The position numbers and the translations under genes were made by a program. Under the pieces are notes generated by a model. That model made no database searches. It worked only from the letters and a program-made list of their open reading frames with translations, and was not told the origin of the DNA. DNA of 64,000 bases from Paragordius varius (Eukaryota; Animalia; Nematomorpha). Below, in pieces: positions 1 to 14,109 of the stretch. Within the stretch, counting starts at the first letter, position 1. Each line of letters opens with the position of its first letter. The stretch is from NCBI GenBank assembly GCA_964247055.1, contig OZ176054.1, forward strand, positions 8,680,001 to 8,744,000, written 5' to 3'.

Positions 1-149
1 AAATATTATTTATTTTTTGGGATTCGGCCTTCCGAATTTTAAAGGTAAAATAAAAAATAATATTTTATTTTTAAAAAATAAAATTTTTTTATTAAATAAT
101 TTTGAATAATTTTTAAAACTCTGAACAAGCATCCAAAACTTTTTTGTAG

Positions 150-3100
150 ATTGTTATGGAAAAGAAATTGAGTTAATATGTTATTTTAAAACACTTGCTT
201 ATAAATTTATAAATGCGCTATGACTGTTAATTGTATAATCTAAGGTGTGCGTTATTCCTTTTAATAAGGTAAAAATTGTTAACCAGAGATTTATTTCATT
301 ATTGTATTTTGGACCATATTATTACTTTAACATGTTTGCCGAAACTTTGGTATACAGATTCAAATCCAGAAAAAATGCTGAAATTAATAAAAGTTTAATT
401 ACTGATGTATATGGTCAATCTGTCATTATTTTGTAAATTATTTTTAATTTTAGATGTACAAACGATATTTTGTTTATATATTTCAATAATAACATTTACA
501 CTTGCTCAATCAATTGTAAAAATCAGTCAACATATGTGAATAAAGAATGTACACTTTACCGTTTTACGGTAAATGGTAATTCTTTATCATTGGAAAACGT
601 TGGAAAATTTGAAAACAATAAAGTTAATAATTTTTTATTTTAGTTTTATTTTGAATATTTTATCATTACAAAACATGAATTTGGGTCTAATATAATTCAA
701 TTGTCGTCGGTTAACAATCCTGATAAACTTGGTTGTTTTGCTTGTAATACGGACAATAATATATTTTTGATTGATTGGGATGGTAATAATTTAACTCAAA
801 ATAATTTTTCTGTTGTTTCACTGAAACCTTCTACGACTTTTATGCAAAATATTTTCAAAAGGTAAAATATTATTTAAATTTTTTAGTTTAAATTATTGGC
901 CCATTTTTGATAAACATTGTATTGTTACAACTTGTGTGTCTCCCTGTACCACCCTAATTGGACTTATTACAATGACAGTTGCTGATCTATCCTTAAATAT
1001 CACCACAATAATTGGTAAAAAATCCGAACAAAAGGGGACCCTATGTCAAATAAAATGCATATCCAACCCCAATAATTCCATTTCGGCATCAATTAAATTA
1101 TCCGAATTTATACCTGAACTATTTTCGGATCAAACTGTGGCCGATACCAAATCCATGTTATCAGATTTGAGCGAAAACATTATACTTAAATGTGAACAGT
1201 TGCATAATATGTTAATCATTGTTTTACCATTGTTTGTACAAAAACAAAATTTGTTGAATGATATTGATGTGGATAATAACGATACACTGTCAAACATCAT
1301 ACTGCTTTTTAAAATAAGGAGGGTATCCCTTACAACTACTGTTTCCGAAGATAATTTTATGCCGTACACTTTGGAACATTATCAAACGCTAGAATACCCA
1401 AATGATGTAAAAAGATTTTTTTAGTTTAGTTTAACTATTGATTCTTTTTCGAAACAGTTTGCTTCGGCAAAATTATTATATGATATAATATTTTTATTGG
1501 GGTGTGACAGACATATTTTAGTGTATTTGTAGATTTTTTAAAAAAGTTAAAGTGTATATTGTATCGCCTTTGAAGTATACAAAGAATATGAAAAAATTAT
1601 ATGGCATGGCTTTAAACACTTTTAATCCGTACTTTTATTTGATTTCTCTCATTTTCGCACAAAATATTTTTAAAATCATATATTTCCTATAAATTATTTT
1701 TTTAGATTGATTGCATAGACGTATCGTTAATAGATGACAAATCTGAGCTCAAATTATGTATACTAGCCTTAGCTTCCAATGGAAGGAATATTACATTAAC
1801 TATACCGATTAGGTATCTACTATATAGTATCTTTATAAAATTATAATTTAAACATTTAATTATTGTTAAATATGAAAAATAACGATATGATGATCACGAT
1901 TTTGCTTTGAGCTCATGACTGAAACGAAACTATTAACTGATCTATTTTTTATTTTTTTTATAAAATATTTGATATATATTAACTATTTTTGTAATATTTT
2001 TTTTCGAAGAATACTTAAATTTTTATCGATCAAGATATCATATTATTAAAAATTGTTTTTAAATTATTTTTTTATAAATTTCTTAGGAATGTTGAGGATA
2101 TTGACACTACTCAAGAATATGTTTGGGAACGAACTAAAGATATTTTTGACCTTACTTTTATTCCTATGCCGAAAAAATTATTTTTCTTGCAAAATTTAGA
2201 CGTTAATTATCAATTGGAAGCATTGATAAATATTATTTTGTTCACGTATCAACCGTACCATCATTTGAGCGTGTTGGAAAATTTTGAAGTTTTTCTCTAG
2301 TTTTAGTTTATTAGGCATATAATTTTTTTCTAATTTATGTAAATAATATTAAAAACTTTAATTTAATATATCGATTATATATGTTTATTATATTTTCAAA
2401 AAAAATTTATCCTTGTTTTTACAATTATTTTAGTTGTATTATTTAAATGTTACAATCATGAATTAATAAGATTTTTACTTTTTTTAGATTCAATATAACA
2501 CAAAGGTAGTATGGCTTGAATCATTGGATCAAATGACGCATTTAGATTTGAAAAGTATAATTTTGTCTCACTGTCGCATGTTAATGAACAAAAATGCAAT
2601 GAATTCGGAAGATGAGATATGGGACATTTCAAATATATTTGCCTCACTTGTAAAAATATATGAAGCATGTCTCAAACAAAATTTGGTATAAATTTGGTTC
2701 GATTTAACATCCATTTAATTTCTTCGTAAATTCGCATGTATATTTGTTTAGTTTTATAAATCCGTTTATTTTTGGTTAAGCTATAATAAAAATTATTATA
2801 TATTATCAAGTATATATTTTTACTGTTACTTACAATAAAATTTTATGATATATGTCTATGTCGATTTAAATTTGTTCGGGCTTGTGAAATATCACTTTTA
2901 TTTTATTAAATTCTATGATATTGTTAAGACTCAGCAACATATTTCATCTTTTGCGGAATTTGTTCCAAATACTTCGCTCCAAGGCATCACTCCTGAAACG
3001 TTGAATAAAAATTTAGTTTTTATTAAATCTCCAGCTGTTAAAGCCAATTTGGAAAAAAACTCCTCTAATATTATTGGAAATACTCAACATCAAATATATC

Positions 3101-6100
3101 GATTGACAGAAAACACCATAATATCGGAAATGGATAAAAAATTAAAACCAAAGTTAACCAACATTGATTTTGATTTGTCCTTTAAACATTTCAATGATAT
3201 AATAAATAATGACGAAAATTATACTAATGAAAGAATGGATGAAAATAATTTACCTTTATACGATTTCGGTATATTATATTATTAACTTAAATTTAAATAT
3301 CGAATATTATAACATATTTATTTATGTAATTTTTTATGTAAAATATTTATTTTGTTTAGATATCTTTATGATAAGAAATTTTGGTCATGTCTTATATCCT
3401 ACCATTAAGCATCTCGATCCAAAAAAATGCAATGTAACAACAAATCAAATGTTACCATTTGCTGATGGTGTACAAATTAATGAGCTATTTTACAATTATG
3501 TATATTCTATGTGGACCAATTTATCTCAAATAAAGTATGGCTTTTATTTTTTGGTTGCAATACATTATAATAATTAACATACTTTTAGGTAGCGTTTAAT
3601 AATTTCATAGCTTTAATATAAATACCATAAATATCCTTTTTTATTTGATTTATTTAGGCAAAATGAGTTAATAGCTAGCCTTAAATTGCATCTAGATCCA
3701 ACGTATCTCAAAGACTTTTTACAAGACTGTAAAATGGACAAACTGATGGAAAATATTTTATTAATGGGTATAATTTTATTATTTATATATAAACCCTGCT
3801 ATCTAAGTACACACCATATATATATATATATTATACGGTAAGAATTAATAAATGTCCCCGAATTGAATGATTACTCAACTCAAGATCTGTATGTCCAATT
3901 TTGTGCTATCTTAAAATTAAAGTTATTCCCTCAACTTGTTATTCAGCAAATTCTTACTATAATTATAAATGAATCCGATCACACACCAGAAAACGAATCT
4001 AAATATTTGGATGTATGTTATTTTAATTTGTTAACTAATATATATATATATATAATCAACATCATTTTATGAATAATACGGTACACCACAAATAAGTTTT
4101 GTAAGTCATTTTAGAATTGTTAGTTATGAAATGGCATAATTTGCGAAGAATTCAGTAAGGTTTTCTGCTTAGATTAGCGAAAACCGCTATTTACACATTA
4201 ACAAAAACGAAATCGATGTTGAAGTTTAATAATTATAAAAGTGCTTTAAAAGATTTTTTATTTAAATTAATGCGGATGAAAATCTATTTCGAATAGCCAA
4301 TTTAAGCATTTAATTTAGGCTATTATAGTAAAAATAACCAAAATATTGGAAAAATATACTTATATATAGCTTTTTTCTCATATAGAAATCACATTCCGCC
4401 ATAGAGTTTAAAAAGTTGATATATAACAATATTGAAAAGCTTTGTCATTCGATTAGCCGAATATTATGTTGCATTTGGTTACTTGGGTTGTCATATCCTT
4501 TATCTATGCATGAATATAAAAAATGGAGTTATATGGAGTATTATATTTCGATTATAATATATTTTTGTTTAGTTGTTTTTTTGTTAAAAAATATTTAATC
4601 AATTTATTAGTTGCCATTTAGATAACTAAAATACGAGCTTTGTAAATAAATATTTAGGTTTTTTTAAGTTAAAACACTGAATACAAGAGGCAGTTTTAAA
4701 CAGAATTATATTTACATATAATTATTTTTAGATACCTGAATACACTGGCTAACGAAAACATTTTTAACCAGCATCACGATTATTTATATCATATGTCAGG
4801 TTTGAATATATATATATATATATATAATTTATATTTATAAAGTTTCTTATTTTATTTTACAAATATTTACAGATAAATCACCATTAACCTTATTCTCGGC
4901 TTTAAATATCCTTTCACAAATTACGACTCGTATCAATCATAATGATGACAAAAACATATTGTAATACATATTATTTTTAATATACCATTTACAATTCAAA
5001 TTCACCTAAAAATAAATCATAAGTTTTTTGGGGGCTACTATAACTCATCATTAATATAAAATATATCTTTATTGGAATAATTTATTATTTTTTTAGTATT
5101 ATTTTTATTTTAAACAAAATTTTATTTTTTGTAATATAAAAATTATAAGTAAATTTTGGGCTTAAAAACAATTATTTACTTTAGGGTGAATTTGAATTGT
5201 TCAAGGGTGAATTTTAAGTGTCAATGGTATATCCTGAAATTTATTAATTTACTATAAACTGTCTTATGTGCTAATTGCCTATATTTGTTCTATAAATATT
5301 AATAAAAAACGAGTTTATAATTTTGTGTATTATTCGTTAATGAAAAATTATTTAAGAGTTCCTTATATATTTGATGTTATTTAAAACGATAACTAAGTGC
5401 ATTATGTTTGTTATTTATACGGCTATACATACTGTTAATTTTAACAACATTACATTTATAAGTTAAATATTTTAGAATGTTTATATTTATTTCACAAATA
5501 GAGAATCTTTAGTCGCAGGAAAATGGAATCAACCAACCTTTAGCCATATCTTGAAATTCCTCTTAGTTACTCAACAGTATGGACTAATTTTCGAATTATG
5601 TGATATAATTGATACACAATTTTCACATACATCAAATAATTATAAAAATATTGACAATAACCAAGAAACATTACCCAACAATGATATATTTCTGTATTGT
5701 ACAGTATGGAAATTTATTTGTTATTTACATTCCCTCTACCATCTTGATTCAAATGCAAAGAGTAATGAAATGAAAAAGTTAAAAACCAAAAAATTTATAA
5801 CATCCCACTACGATAAAATTGAGGACTTCTTACAATTTATATCCAATCGTTTGCATTTAAACGATAGCTTATGTGCATATGAATGGTTAGCCACAGATTT
5901 TCCAAACATTTTTGCCGTTCCTGTATTTGTTGAAACTGCCAAATCTATTAAGGCAAATAAAAATATTGCAAAAACAGATGCCCACACTTCTGATATGCAA
6001 ATGGTGTGTACTATAATCCTTTACGTAAAGGTATATTTTGTCTTGACGATTTGGTATATAGTGGATATCCTTATATAGACCCCCCTCCCCCATCATAATG

Positions 6101-9100
6101 AGTTTTTTTAAAGAAAATGGCGCTTATATTTTTTTATGGTGATCATATACACGTTTGAGAATTTTAAATACTTTCTTAGCTTTTTAAGTTGAAAGCAGTT
6201 ACCATTGAGTATACTTTTCATAATTTATGATATGGATCATTTGAACTTTCATGATTAATCAAGAACAATGAAAAAAAATGAGATGCCTTTTGATTTTTAC
6301 AAACAAATCATACAAGCTATTTCGAAAAAATATTAATTAAAATTTGATTGAAAAAAATAACTTTTTCAGAAATAAGCCATGATTCGGGCGAGCCATTTTT
6401 TATCACAAGTGGGGTAAATAGAGGAAAGGGATGCCCGCTCACTATTTTATTTATTTGCTTAAATAATAATTTATTTGATTTTAAAATCATTAGATCTTAG
6501 AAATATTGGAGCAGTTAAATTTAAAACAATACGTAATACGCCTGTTACATAAATTAATTACTATGGTGGATTCTCATATCTCATTAAATCACAGCTCAGA
6601 AGCAAATAATATGAAACATTTTGGTGATAACCATAACATTAATACTGAAAATTATAATGATTATAATTTGCATCAACTTTTGTCCGATTATAAATGCAAA
6701 TTACAATCTATGCTTTTTAAGCAACAAATGGATATTGATGACATTGATGTAGCTTGGAATACCATATTGCAACACCCTGACCAAAAAAGGTTTGAAGTTA
6801 TATATATAGAAATGTTGAGTTTTTTAAAGTAGTATGCTTTGATAACTATATTATGAGAAAAATTCAAGCTTCATTAATGGGTATCATGACCCCTTTAAGA
6901 GATGTTCCAATATTTTGTTACATACAATAGTATAATTTTATAAAAGAAAAATTAAAAACTGATTTTTTTATCGGTTGATAGCCTATATTACCCTTAAACT
7001 AAATAAATTATGGGGAGGTATAGGCAATTTTATCGGTTTTTCAAAACTAGAACCTTGTTTTAAAAACTGGAAAAATTTATGATATTTAGAGTTAATTAAT
7101 TTATAACGAATCCTCATTTGCAATGAAGATGTTGAAATATGTGGAAACAGTTTATAAATATAAAATATCTACGAGGCGGTATAGCTCCTTTTATGAAAAC
7201 ATATAAATAAATAAAATAATTAACCAATAAAAACCTCTTCTCGCTAGTTATATTGGTGTCTTTATATCTATTATATAATAAATATTAGCCAAAGTGACTG
7301 TATTCGTATTTACCTTTCAAAACTTTACCAAACTAAACTTCTTGGAGAAATTGGCGCTTTAAAAATTTTGAAACGGGATTCGCATGGTGATATTATTAAT
7401 AATAATAATAATGCCCAAAATATTTACGATAAAACTCTTGAAATTATGCGTGAAATTGTATTGTACAGTGAAGAGACATGTCTATACAATTTTTATGGCG
7501 AAACGTTTACCAATGTTTTTGATTCAGATTTTACGAATTTTACTCAACGGCTTGAAAGAATGGAAAATGGTTACAATATATTATTTGGGTTTACCAGAAC
7601 TAACCTAGATTACGAATCAGGTATACTCTATATATATTCCTAGTTATATAATTGATTATACGTATAGATTAATTTATTTATATGTTATCGGTACATACAA
7701 TCCAGAGATGCAATATAAATTTGTAAATATATATTATTAATCAATCATAGTTTTATTCAAACATGTTATCATTGTCAATATTAATTAATATTTTTTATCA
7801 TATTATTTTAGCTATTGCCATTAAGCTTGAATTTGTAAGAAAGTTACAAGAAATTTTGACCAAATTTGTCAATCTTTACATGACACAATTATCGACGTCA
7901 CATAATGAGTTAAAAAATACCCTTCTTCATCAATTATTAGACATTTCCCCCATAGATGTTATGGTACATTTATGCCAAACTATTACACGAAATTTATTGG
8001 TTATATTAACATGTACTAATATGTCTGATGTTCCTATTACGCTTGTGACCATAAAAGAAAAGTCAAACCTAGGTAAATTGCCACAAAAAATACTACCAAT
8101 CCATGAGGCGGCTTTACATGGGGTCAAAGATCCTCTCTACGATAGCTTGTATTGTGATCCGTTGGATTTTACAGTTTTAGCCAATGAGCACTTCAATGAA
8201 CTAGAACAATGTAAATATGTCATGATATAATTTTTGTAATTTGTTATACAGTATTCAATTTAATGGTTACTTATTTCACACTATGTTTGGGCAATTTGAA
8301 CACAGTAGTGTATGAAAACAACAAAATAATGTGGAATAAATACTTTCTTTCTTTTTTCCATACCGTACTGTGTTGCAAGTTGCCCAATCATAGTTTGAAA
8401 TAAGCAACCAAATTATATGTTTTAAGTAGAACAGTTTTTAATTTTGATTTGTTATTGCTATATACCTCGTTTTGTAAATAATTTGCAGATTTTATAATTA
8501 ACTTTTTAAAATATGAATAATTTATTTTACGGCCAAACTTTTTGGGGTTTTGTTACAGTTTTTTGATTTAAATTTTAATTTAAATCGATAATATGGAAGT
8601 AGTAATGATTATTTTTAAAAGGTTTCTACTCAGATATAAAGTTGTAAAAATATCTCGGATATTTTTTTTCCTTATAAATTTAAAAATAATTTTACCAGAT
8701 AATTGATGCATATCAAAAATATATCGAGATAAATATAATGTATTTATTTTTTTGTTAGCAACAAACATGCATATAGAAACGGTGAATGACGATATGGGTG
8801 ATAATAGCCTAAACTCACATAATCAATCTTTAAAATCTCCTCCTAAGCAAAAAGCGACAAAAAATAAAAATTTACAATTACACAATGATATAAATGAATC
8901 GAATATTACTTTAGACACGGTGTTGGATAGTAGTATTGATGATAATTCATATTATAAATTACCAACTATAAAATCTATACCGGTATTAAATTGCCGTTTT
9001 TTATATACATTGCTTGATTCCTGCCTTGAATACTATTTAGCAAACATAACCTCATCACCTTTAAATCATTCCAATGAACAAAACTTTGAAAAACTATATA

Positions 9101-10794
9101 CTATATTAATCACATTTTCCACCATGGATTTAAGTGTAACGCATAATTTTTGGTCTTATCACAATAATATGAGTGGGAATATTAACCAATTTGAATTACA
9201 TTCTGAGGCTGAATCGTTTGAAAGCATTTACCTTGCATATTATGACATTTTATGTCAATCGGCTTGGTTTGATATGGCATTGGCTTTAATGCAATGTTTT
9301 GTAACATTCAACGATGATGCAAAATCAGAAAATAGTAATAAGAACACCTATATTTCATTTTCCAATCATCTCTGTAATAATCGAGTAATTGAAAGAATGA
9401 TATACTCTTTTTTCCACAATCTCACCAAACTTGCATGTACCATTGACATGTATCAAGTCGACAGCTTTAATAAACTAAAGTAATTTTGTTGGATATTTTC
9501 GTTATATTTATACCGAATAGCATATTTTTATAATAACCCATTGTAGAAAATTATTGAATGGTTGCAATCTCGATTGGTATAGAAAAAATGCCCTTTATAT
9601 TAATACTATTACTTGCGCACAAAAGTTATCTACCTACCAATGCATTAGGTATAAAACAATTAAAAACTAATTTATAGCGATCGTGGTTGGTATATTGTAC
9701 AGATGCAATTACAATCCTTTAACCAACAATGCAATAATACCACGGATTCTAAAATATATATGAATCAACTTTATAAACTTTCGAGAAAAACGGTTTGTGA
9801 AACTATCTGTGGATTGGAAGCACCATTGCCATTTTTTCTTATAAATCTTTATAAAGTAAATAAAATCTTATTATTAGATTTTAGTTGTGTATGTCAATAT
9901 TTGAATTCAACTTTGAATTGATATATTAATTTTTATTTATATTTTAAAAGTTATAGCCCTATTTATACATTGGTTTTTTTGCAATTTCTCGTTTATGGCT
10001 TTGTACTCTAAATTTTTTTAGCTTCTTAGGGCCCATCATTTATTTCATTTAATAAATTTAGTTTTTGACATAAAGGATTCCAATATTTGACACATTATTA
10101 TATATATATATAAAAAATTAATTAGGTTGATCCAAATTCCATGGCAGAATTGTTGAAAATATTATGTTTTTACGAACGGTTTACAGAGGCCTTAGAGACT
10201 ATTAATTACATAATGGATCACGCTTTAGAACAAATGACAAATACTTTAGATTATACGCAAAATGAAAAGGTGGGTAATTATATGTATATAATTAACTCAA
10301 AATTGTTGTAATCATTTAATTATTAGAATTGTACTGTTTTGTTTTAGTTTGATGATATATTTTACTTTTAATCCTTGATTTAATTTAGGATTGATAATTT
10401 AAAAAAAATTGATTATCATATATATATTATTTTTAGACAACATTCAATATACCGTGGATCCCTGAACAGTTTATTCATGTTTTGATGGAACGTTTGAGTT
10501 TTATATATGAACCTTCACATCACAAAAAAGTATGAACGTTATATTACATTTTATATCGAAGTTGAAGATTTTTAGATAATTTTTTATTGTAACTCTTTTT
10601 ATAGAGTTTAATATATTTTTTGGCAAGTTTGTAATGAATTATGTATTGTTATAATGAGCTTTTTGTTAGCGAAAAACTTTAACTTTTATACATATTAACA
10701 GTATGAACATGCCGCACAAGAAAAAATTGATTTGTATTATGGCATGATGGAAAAAGTCCGAAAATTGGGAACATCTTTACAAAAAATTAAATAA
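150..10794 (+). CDS. NUP160: Nuclear pore complex protein Nup160 (multi-exon; 5' end probably just upstream of the window)
   Basis: Hand-spliced exons match recalled Nup160 motifs in the right order. QRFISLL...VYGQSVIILCTND resembles the N-terminal propeller. MDIDDIDVAWNTILQHPDQKR / QSDCIRIYLSKLYQ resembles HLDLGHNSQAYEALTQIPDSSRQLDCLRQLV. ICGLEAPLPFFLINLYK|VDPNSMAELLKILCFYERFTEALE resembles GVPLPNWLINSYKKVDAAELLRLYL. NIPWIPEQFIHVLMERL resembles MVWLPYSSIDQLLQAL. The last exon starts at 10702 and the stop TAA ends at 10794. Not every internal exon junction was resolved (e.g. 7620-7750). Confidence 0.85.
4981..5231. mobile_element. MITE, family A copy 1 (Nup160 intron)
   Basis: The left end TATACCATTTACAATTCAAATTCACC is inverted against the right end TTTAGGGTGAATTTGAATTGTTCAAGGGTGAATTTTAAGTGTCAATGGTATA. 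The interior is AT-rich and non-coding. Related copies lie at 14737, 15565 and 25484. Confidence 0.8.
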
Positions 10795-12173
10795 TATTTA
10801 AAATTTCTATTGTATATTATTAATAAATTATATTTTTTCTATGTATTTAGATGAAACATGTATAATATATAATTAAGCGCTGTAATTTCTATGTTAAATA
10901 TGGCCACCATAAGTTTTTATTTTCAATTAAAATAATTGGTTTAATTATAATTATGAAAAATGAGTGTGTTTAGTTATGTATTTCAGTGTTTTTATGCCTT
11001 TTTAATTTAAATAAAATCTAAAGAATAAAGGTAAATATAGAAGATCATAATCAAATGCATTTTAGGATTAACATTAATATATCTTGTCAATAGAATTGGT
11101 CGATTAGTGATGGTTTTTGTAGCATATGAATACAACCTATTTATTGACATAACTCCAATTTCATCATTGTTCGGATATGTGGGCTTTGAAAAATCGTTAT
11201 TGTTTATTTATACTAAATCTCTTCATAATCAATTATAAAAATTCATCCTGCGATATCTTTGATATTGTTTGGGTTATGGAAGACAAGGTGTTAGCTTTGA
11301 AAAATTTTCAACTTTTAATTACATTAAGCCAAATACCGATTTTTCTAAATGCCTATGATACTAATTAAATTGATGCAACAATATAATCGAGATTGAATGA
11401 TTATTTAATTGTTACTCTAAAAAATATTTTAAGGGTCATAAATATTACATGATTGTAAACTTAACCAAAAAAGAAAAATATTTTCATAACAACTGTAGAT
11501 CCTGCAGAAAAAATGGTCCTTAAACGATGAAAGCATATTTTTATCCATATACTTATGAATTCTAAAATAGAGTAAAGATTTTCATATATTATTAAAATAT
11601 GATTTGATATATAAACAAATACGTAAAAAAACTCCCTTGATTTATAGAATTTTGTTAAAAAAATTGGAGCAATATGGAAATAAAATTGTTGAAAATTTTT
11701 TTACTTATTTGATGATTTATATATATATATATATATAAAGGCCCCGGCCCCTGAATATATACAATTTACATTGAATAAAAAATTCCAACCGTATCGTTAT
11801 CAATGCATATAAATTTTATAATAATTAAACCTTTAAAAGATTGTTTAATATAACCTAGAAGCGCTTTTCTATTTTTTTAACCTTTATATTATTATTAATT
11901 AATATTGATGGACATGTTTTATTCTCTAACCGGTAAAAAGATGCGCCAATCAATTTAAATTAAAAAAAAAATAAAAAGCCCGTATTTTTTCAATGTTCTC
12001 GCAGTCACCAGCAACTATATTGGTTTTAAATTTTATTTTTAAAAAAATGATTTTCACTTTTTTCGTCAACGTTTACAAGCTCTGCCCGAATTTTATAGAT
12101 ATTTGGCATTAAATTTTCATTTTTTTTAATAATTGTGTCTAAATAGAATTTTAATTTTATCCCAATTACATAT

Positions 12174-12728
12174 TTAATTCCTGACATTTATTGGCATCTT
12201 TACTATATCTTGTATTAGCAGGGCGTCGGATTCATTAATATTAGCATCTTCAGTACTACTTGTTTCATTTACAACCAAGTTATTGGGAATTAGGGGTTGG
12301 CCCCCACCCCTTTTACGTACTCGTATGCCCTTTCTTTCAGCCATCCTTCCTTTACGACTTGAGGCAGTCTTGACGGAATCAAAATATAACGATCCATTAC
12401 CTCGGGCCCGTATATAATACCCTAATTTCAGGCATACAATCATTAAGTAAAACAAGATGATTAGGCTAATCACTAAAATTATCATTGGATATAGGTTGTC
12501 ACACAAAGAATACGAGCCGTTTGTACTTCTCGAGGTGGAAGTAGAAGATCCGGGAAGTTTTAAAGCTTCGTAAATTTTTCCTGCAATAGAAAATTGAGTA
12601 CCATGCTCTGAAGGCATATTAAGTGAACCATCATCATTTTTTACTTGAGGTTCATTAATGTACAGAGCATGCATATTACCACCAATATTTGTATAAATTA
12701 ATGTAATCCAAAAAAGTAGAGTGTGCAT
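12174..12728 (-). CDS. Intronless type I single-pass membrane protein of unknown function (184 aa; signal peptide, TM at about aa 82-102, basic tail)
   Basis: The ORF is uninterrupted and richer in G+C than its flanks. It has a hydrophobic N-terminus (MHTLLFWITLIYTNIGG) and one TM segment. It shares the SLCDNxYP-TM-KL-xxxIR block with the ORF at 12807. Confidence 0.75.
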   Translation of the reverse strand: MHTLLFWITLIYTNIGGNMHALYINEPQVKNDDGSLNMPSEHGTQFSIAGKIYEALKLPGSSTSTSRSTNGSYSLCDNLYPMIILVISLIILFYLMIVCLKLGYYIRARGNGSLYFDSVKTASSRKGRMAERKGIRVRKRGGGQPLIPNNLVVNETSSTEDANINESDALLIQDIVKMPINVRN

Positions 12729-12806
12729 GATTTAAACAACAATTATATTATTAATTGTAAACGAAATGATTGTTACTATAAAATAGCATAAATTATTAAT
12801 TATATT

Positions 12807-13385
12807 ATGCCCAAACATTTCAAGGGAAATTCTACTATCGTGGGAGAGTCCCAGCACTTACCCAAAACTAAGAAAAAGGTAGGTGCTGTAAAATCAGATC
12901 CCTTAAAACAAAGGGAAGAATTAAATTTACCACCTATTGTCACACCAGACGGGCATGTTGCATCATTAAAAGATTCATCTCATTCCTTATGTGATAATGT
13001 TTACCCTCTCATCTTGTTATTCATTGCCACATTTATCTTGATTTATTTAACTGTAGTTTTTATCAAACTTTGGTTATTTATAAGGCGAGCAAATCAACGT
13101 ACTTCAACATTGCCAAAGCACAGGAGTGGAAGTAGGAGAAGAAAATTCAAAGCGGATTCAAAACAACAACCAAATATGTCAACCGCCGAATCTGAAAGTC
13201 AAATTTTTTTACCTAACAATAACAATAATAATACCAATAATGCTCCCGCTACTGTTGTAAAAGGTAATGAAAATGTGGCGAAAATTCAACCCTTAATTCC
13301 ACAATACAAAATTACGGCAGAAAATATACGGAAAAGTATATCGACAAAAGATGATTCAAATGTAATAAAATCTATGGAATATTAA
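12807..13385 (+). CDS. Intronless single-pass membrane protein of unknown function (192 aa), paralog of 12174-12728
   Basis: The ORF is uninterrupted with one TM segment (about aa 68-91), and AATAAA follows right at the stop. It is 20/37 aa identical to the divergent ORF across the juxtamembrane and TM block. No signal peptide is evident from this ATG. Confidence 0.75.
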   Translation: MPKHFKGNSTIVGESQHLPKTKKKVGAVKSDPLKQREELNLPPIVTPDGHVASLKDSSHSLCDNVYPLILLFIATFILIYLTVVFIKLWLFIRRANQRTSTLPKHRSGSRRRKFKADSKQQPNMSTAESESQIFLPNNNNNNTNNAPATVVKGNENVAKIQPLIPQYKITAENIRKSISTKDDSNVIKSMEY

Positions 13386-14109
13386 ATAAATAATGTATAA
13401 ATACATTTACACTAAAGTGTTGATATACAAAAACTTTTATTACGTTTGTTGATTTTTTTTCTGCTTTTTTTCTGTAAAAAATATTTTACAAGTGATTGAT
13501 TGTATACTTTTTTAGTGTTTAAATAAAAAAATATAATACCCCTTTTATACAATAAATTATGTTGGTAAAGGCCGATTAATAATCATGCGACCGTATATAT
13601 TTTATATTGATCTATTTTTACTTTAAGCCAAAGAGTGAAAGGTCAAAAAATGAATAAATAAAGGTATAAAATCTATTTATATTTGTTTAAATAATCTAAA
13701 AGCGATGGCACCTCTTGAATTATAAAAATTTTGTGTTATATGGATGGATAGATTTTTTCACAGTCCTAAACTAATATTAAAATATGCAGGCAGGCTATTT
13801 ACCATAGTTTGATTGATATATATGTATAATGGTAAAAATATAGCAGTTATGATATAAAATTACAGAATTATGATAAATACAATAAACTACACTACAATAC
13901 CTGTTAACATATTCCCTTTATAAAATGAATGGTAAGCAGCATTGTGATTAACATGTTGGTGATAGTAGGATTTAATTTTTTTATTAAATATATATATGTA
14001 TATATATAAATTTTATTCCGATCACTTTTTTATTTTTTTAACATATATATGATTGAGATTTAAACTTTTTAAACTTTGATTAAATTTTAGTCATTCACAT
14101 ATCTAGCTC

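Noticed and set aside
269-286. Possible 18-nt intron (GTAAAAATTGTTAACCAG) in Nup160
   Set aside because: It is a multiple of three with no stop, so it can equally be coding sequence. cDNA would be needed to decide.
1130-1369. Antisense and overlapping ORFs from the track (e.g. 1130-1369, 5887-6096, 7930-8127, 21679-21900, 45861-46046, 56014-56259, 62078-62320, 62764-62982)
   Set aside because: They are shadows of real exons on the other strand or frame and carry no recognisable motifs.
7620-7750. Apparent stop-codon readthrough or recoding in Nup160
   Set aside because: A canonical solution exists (17-nt micro-exon 7706-7722), and the other genes translate cleanly with the standard code.
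11040-11570. Possible degraded non-LTR reverse transcriptase (minus strand AFRKIGIWLNVIKS resembles GLxINxxKT)
   Set aside because: It is a single short motif amid many stops with no YADD-like motif, and cannot be supported without a profile search.
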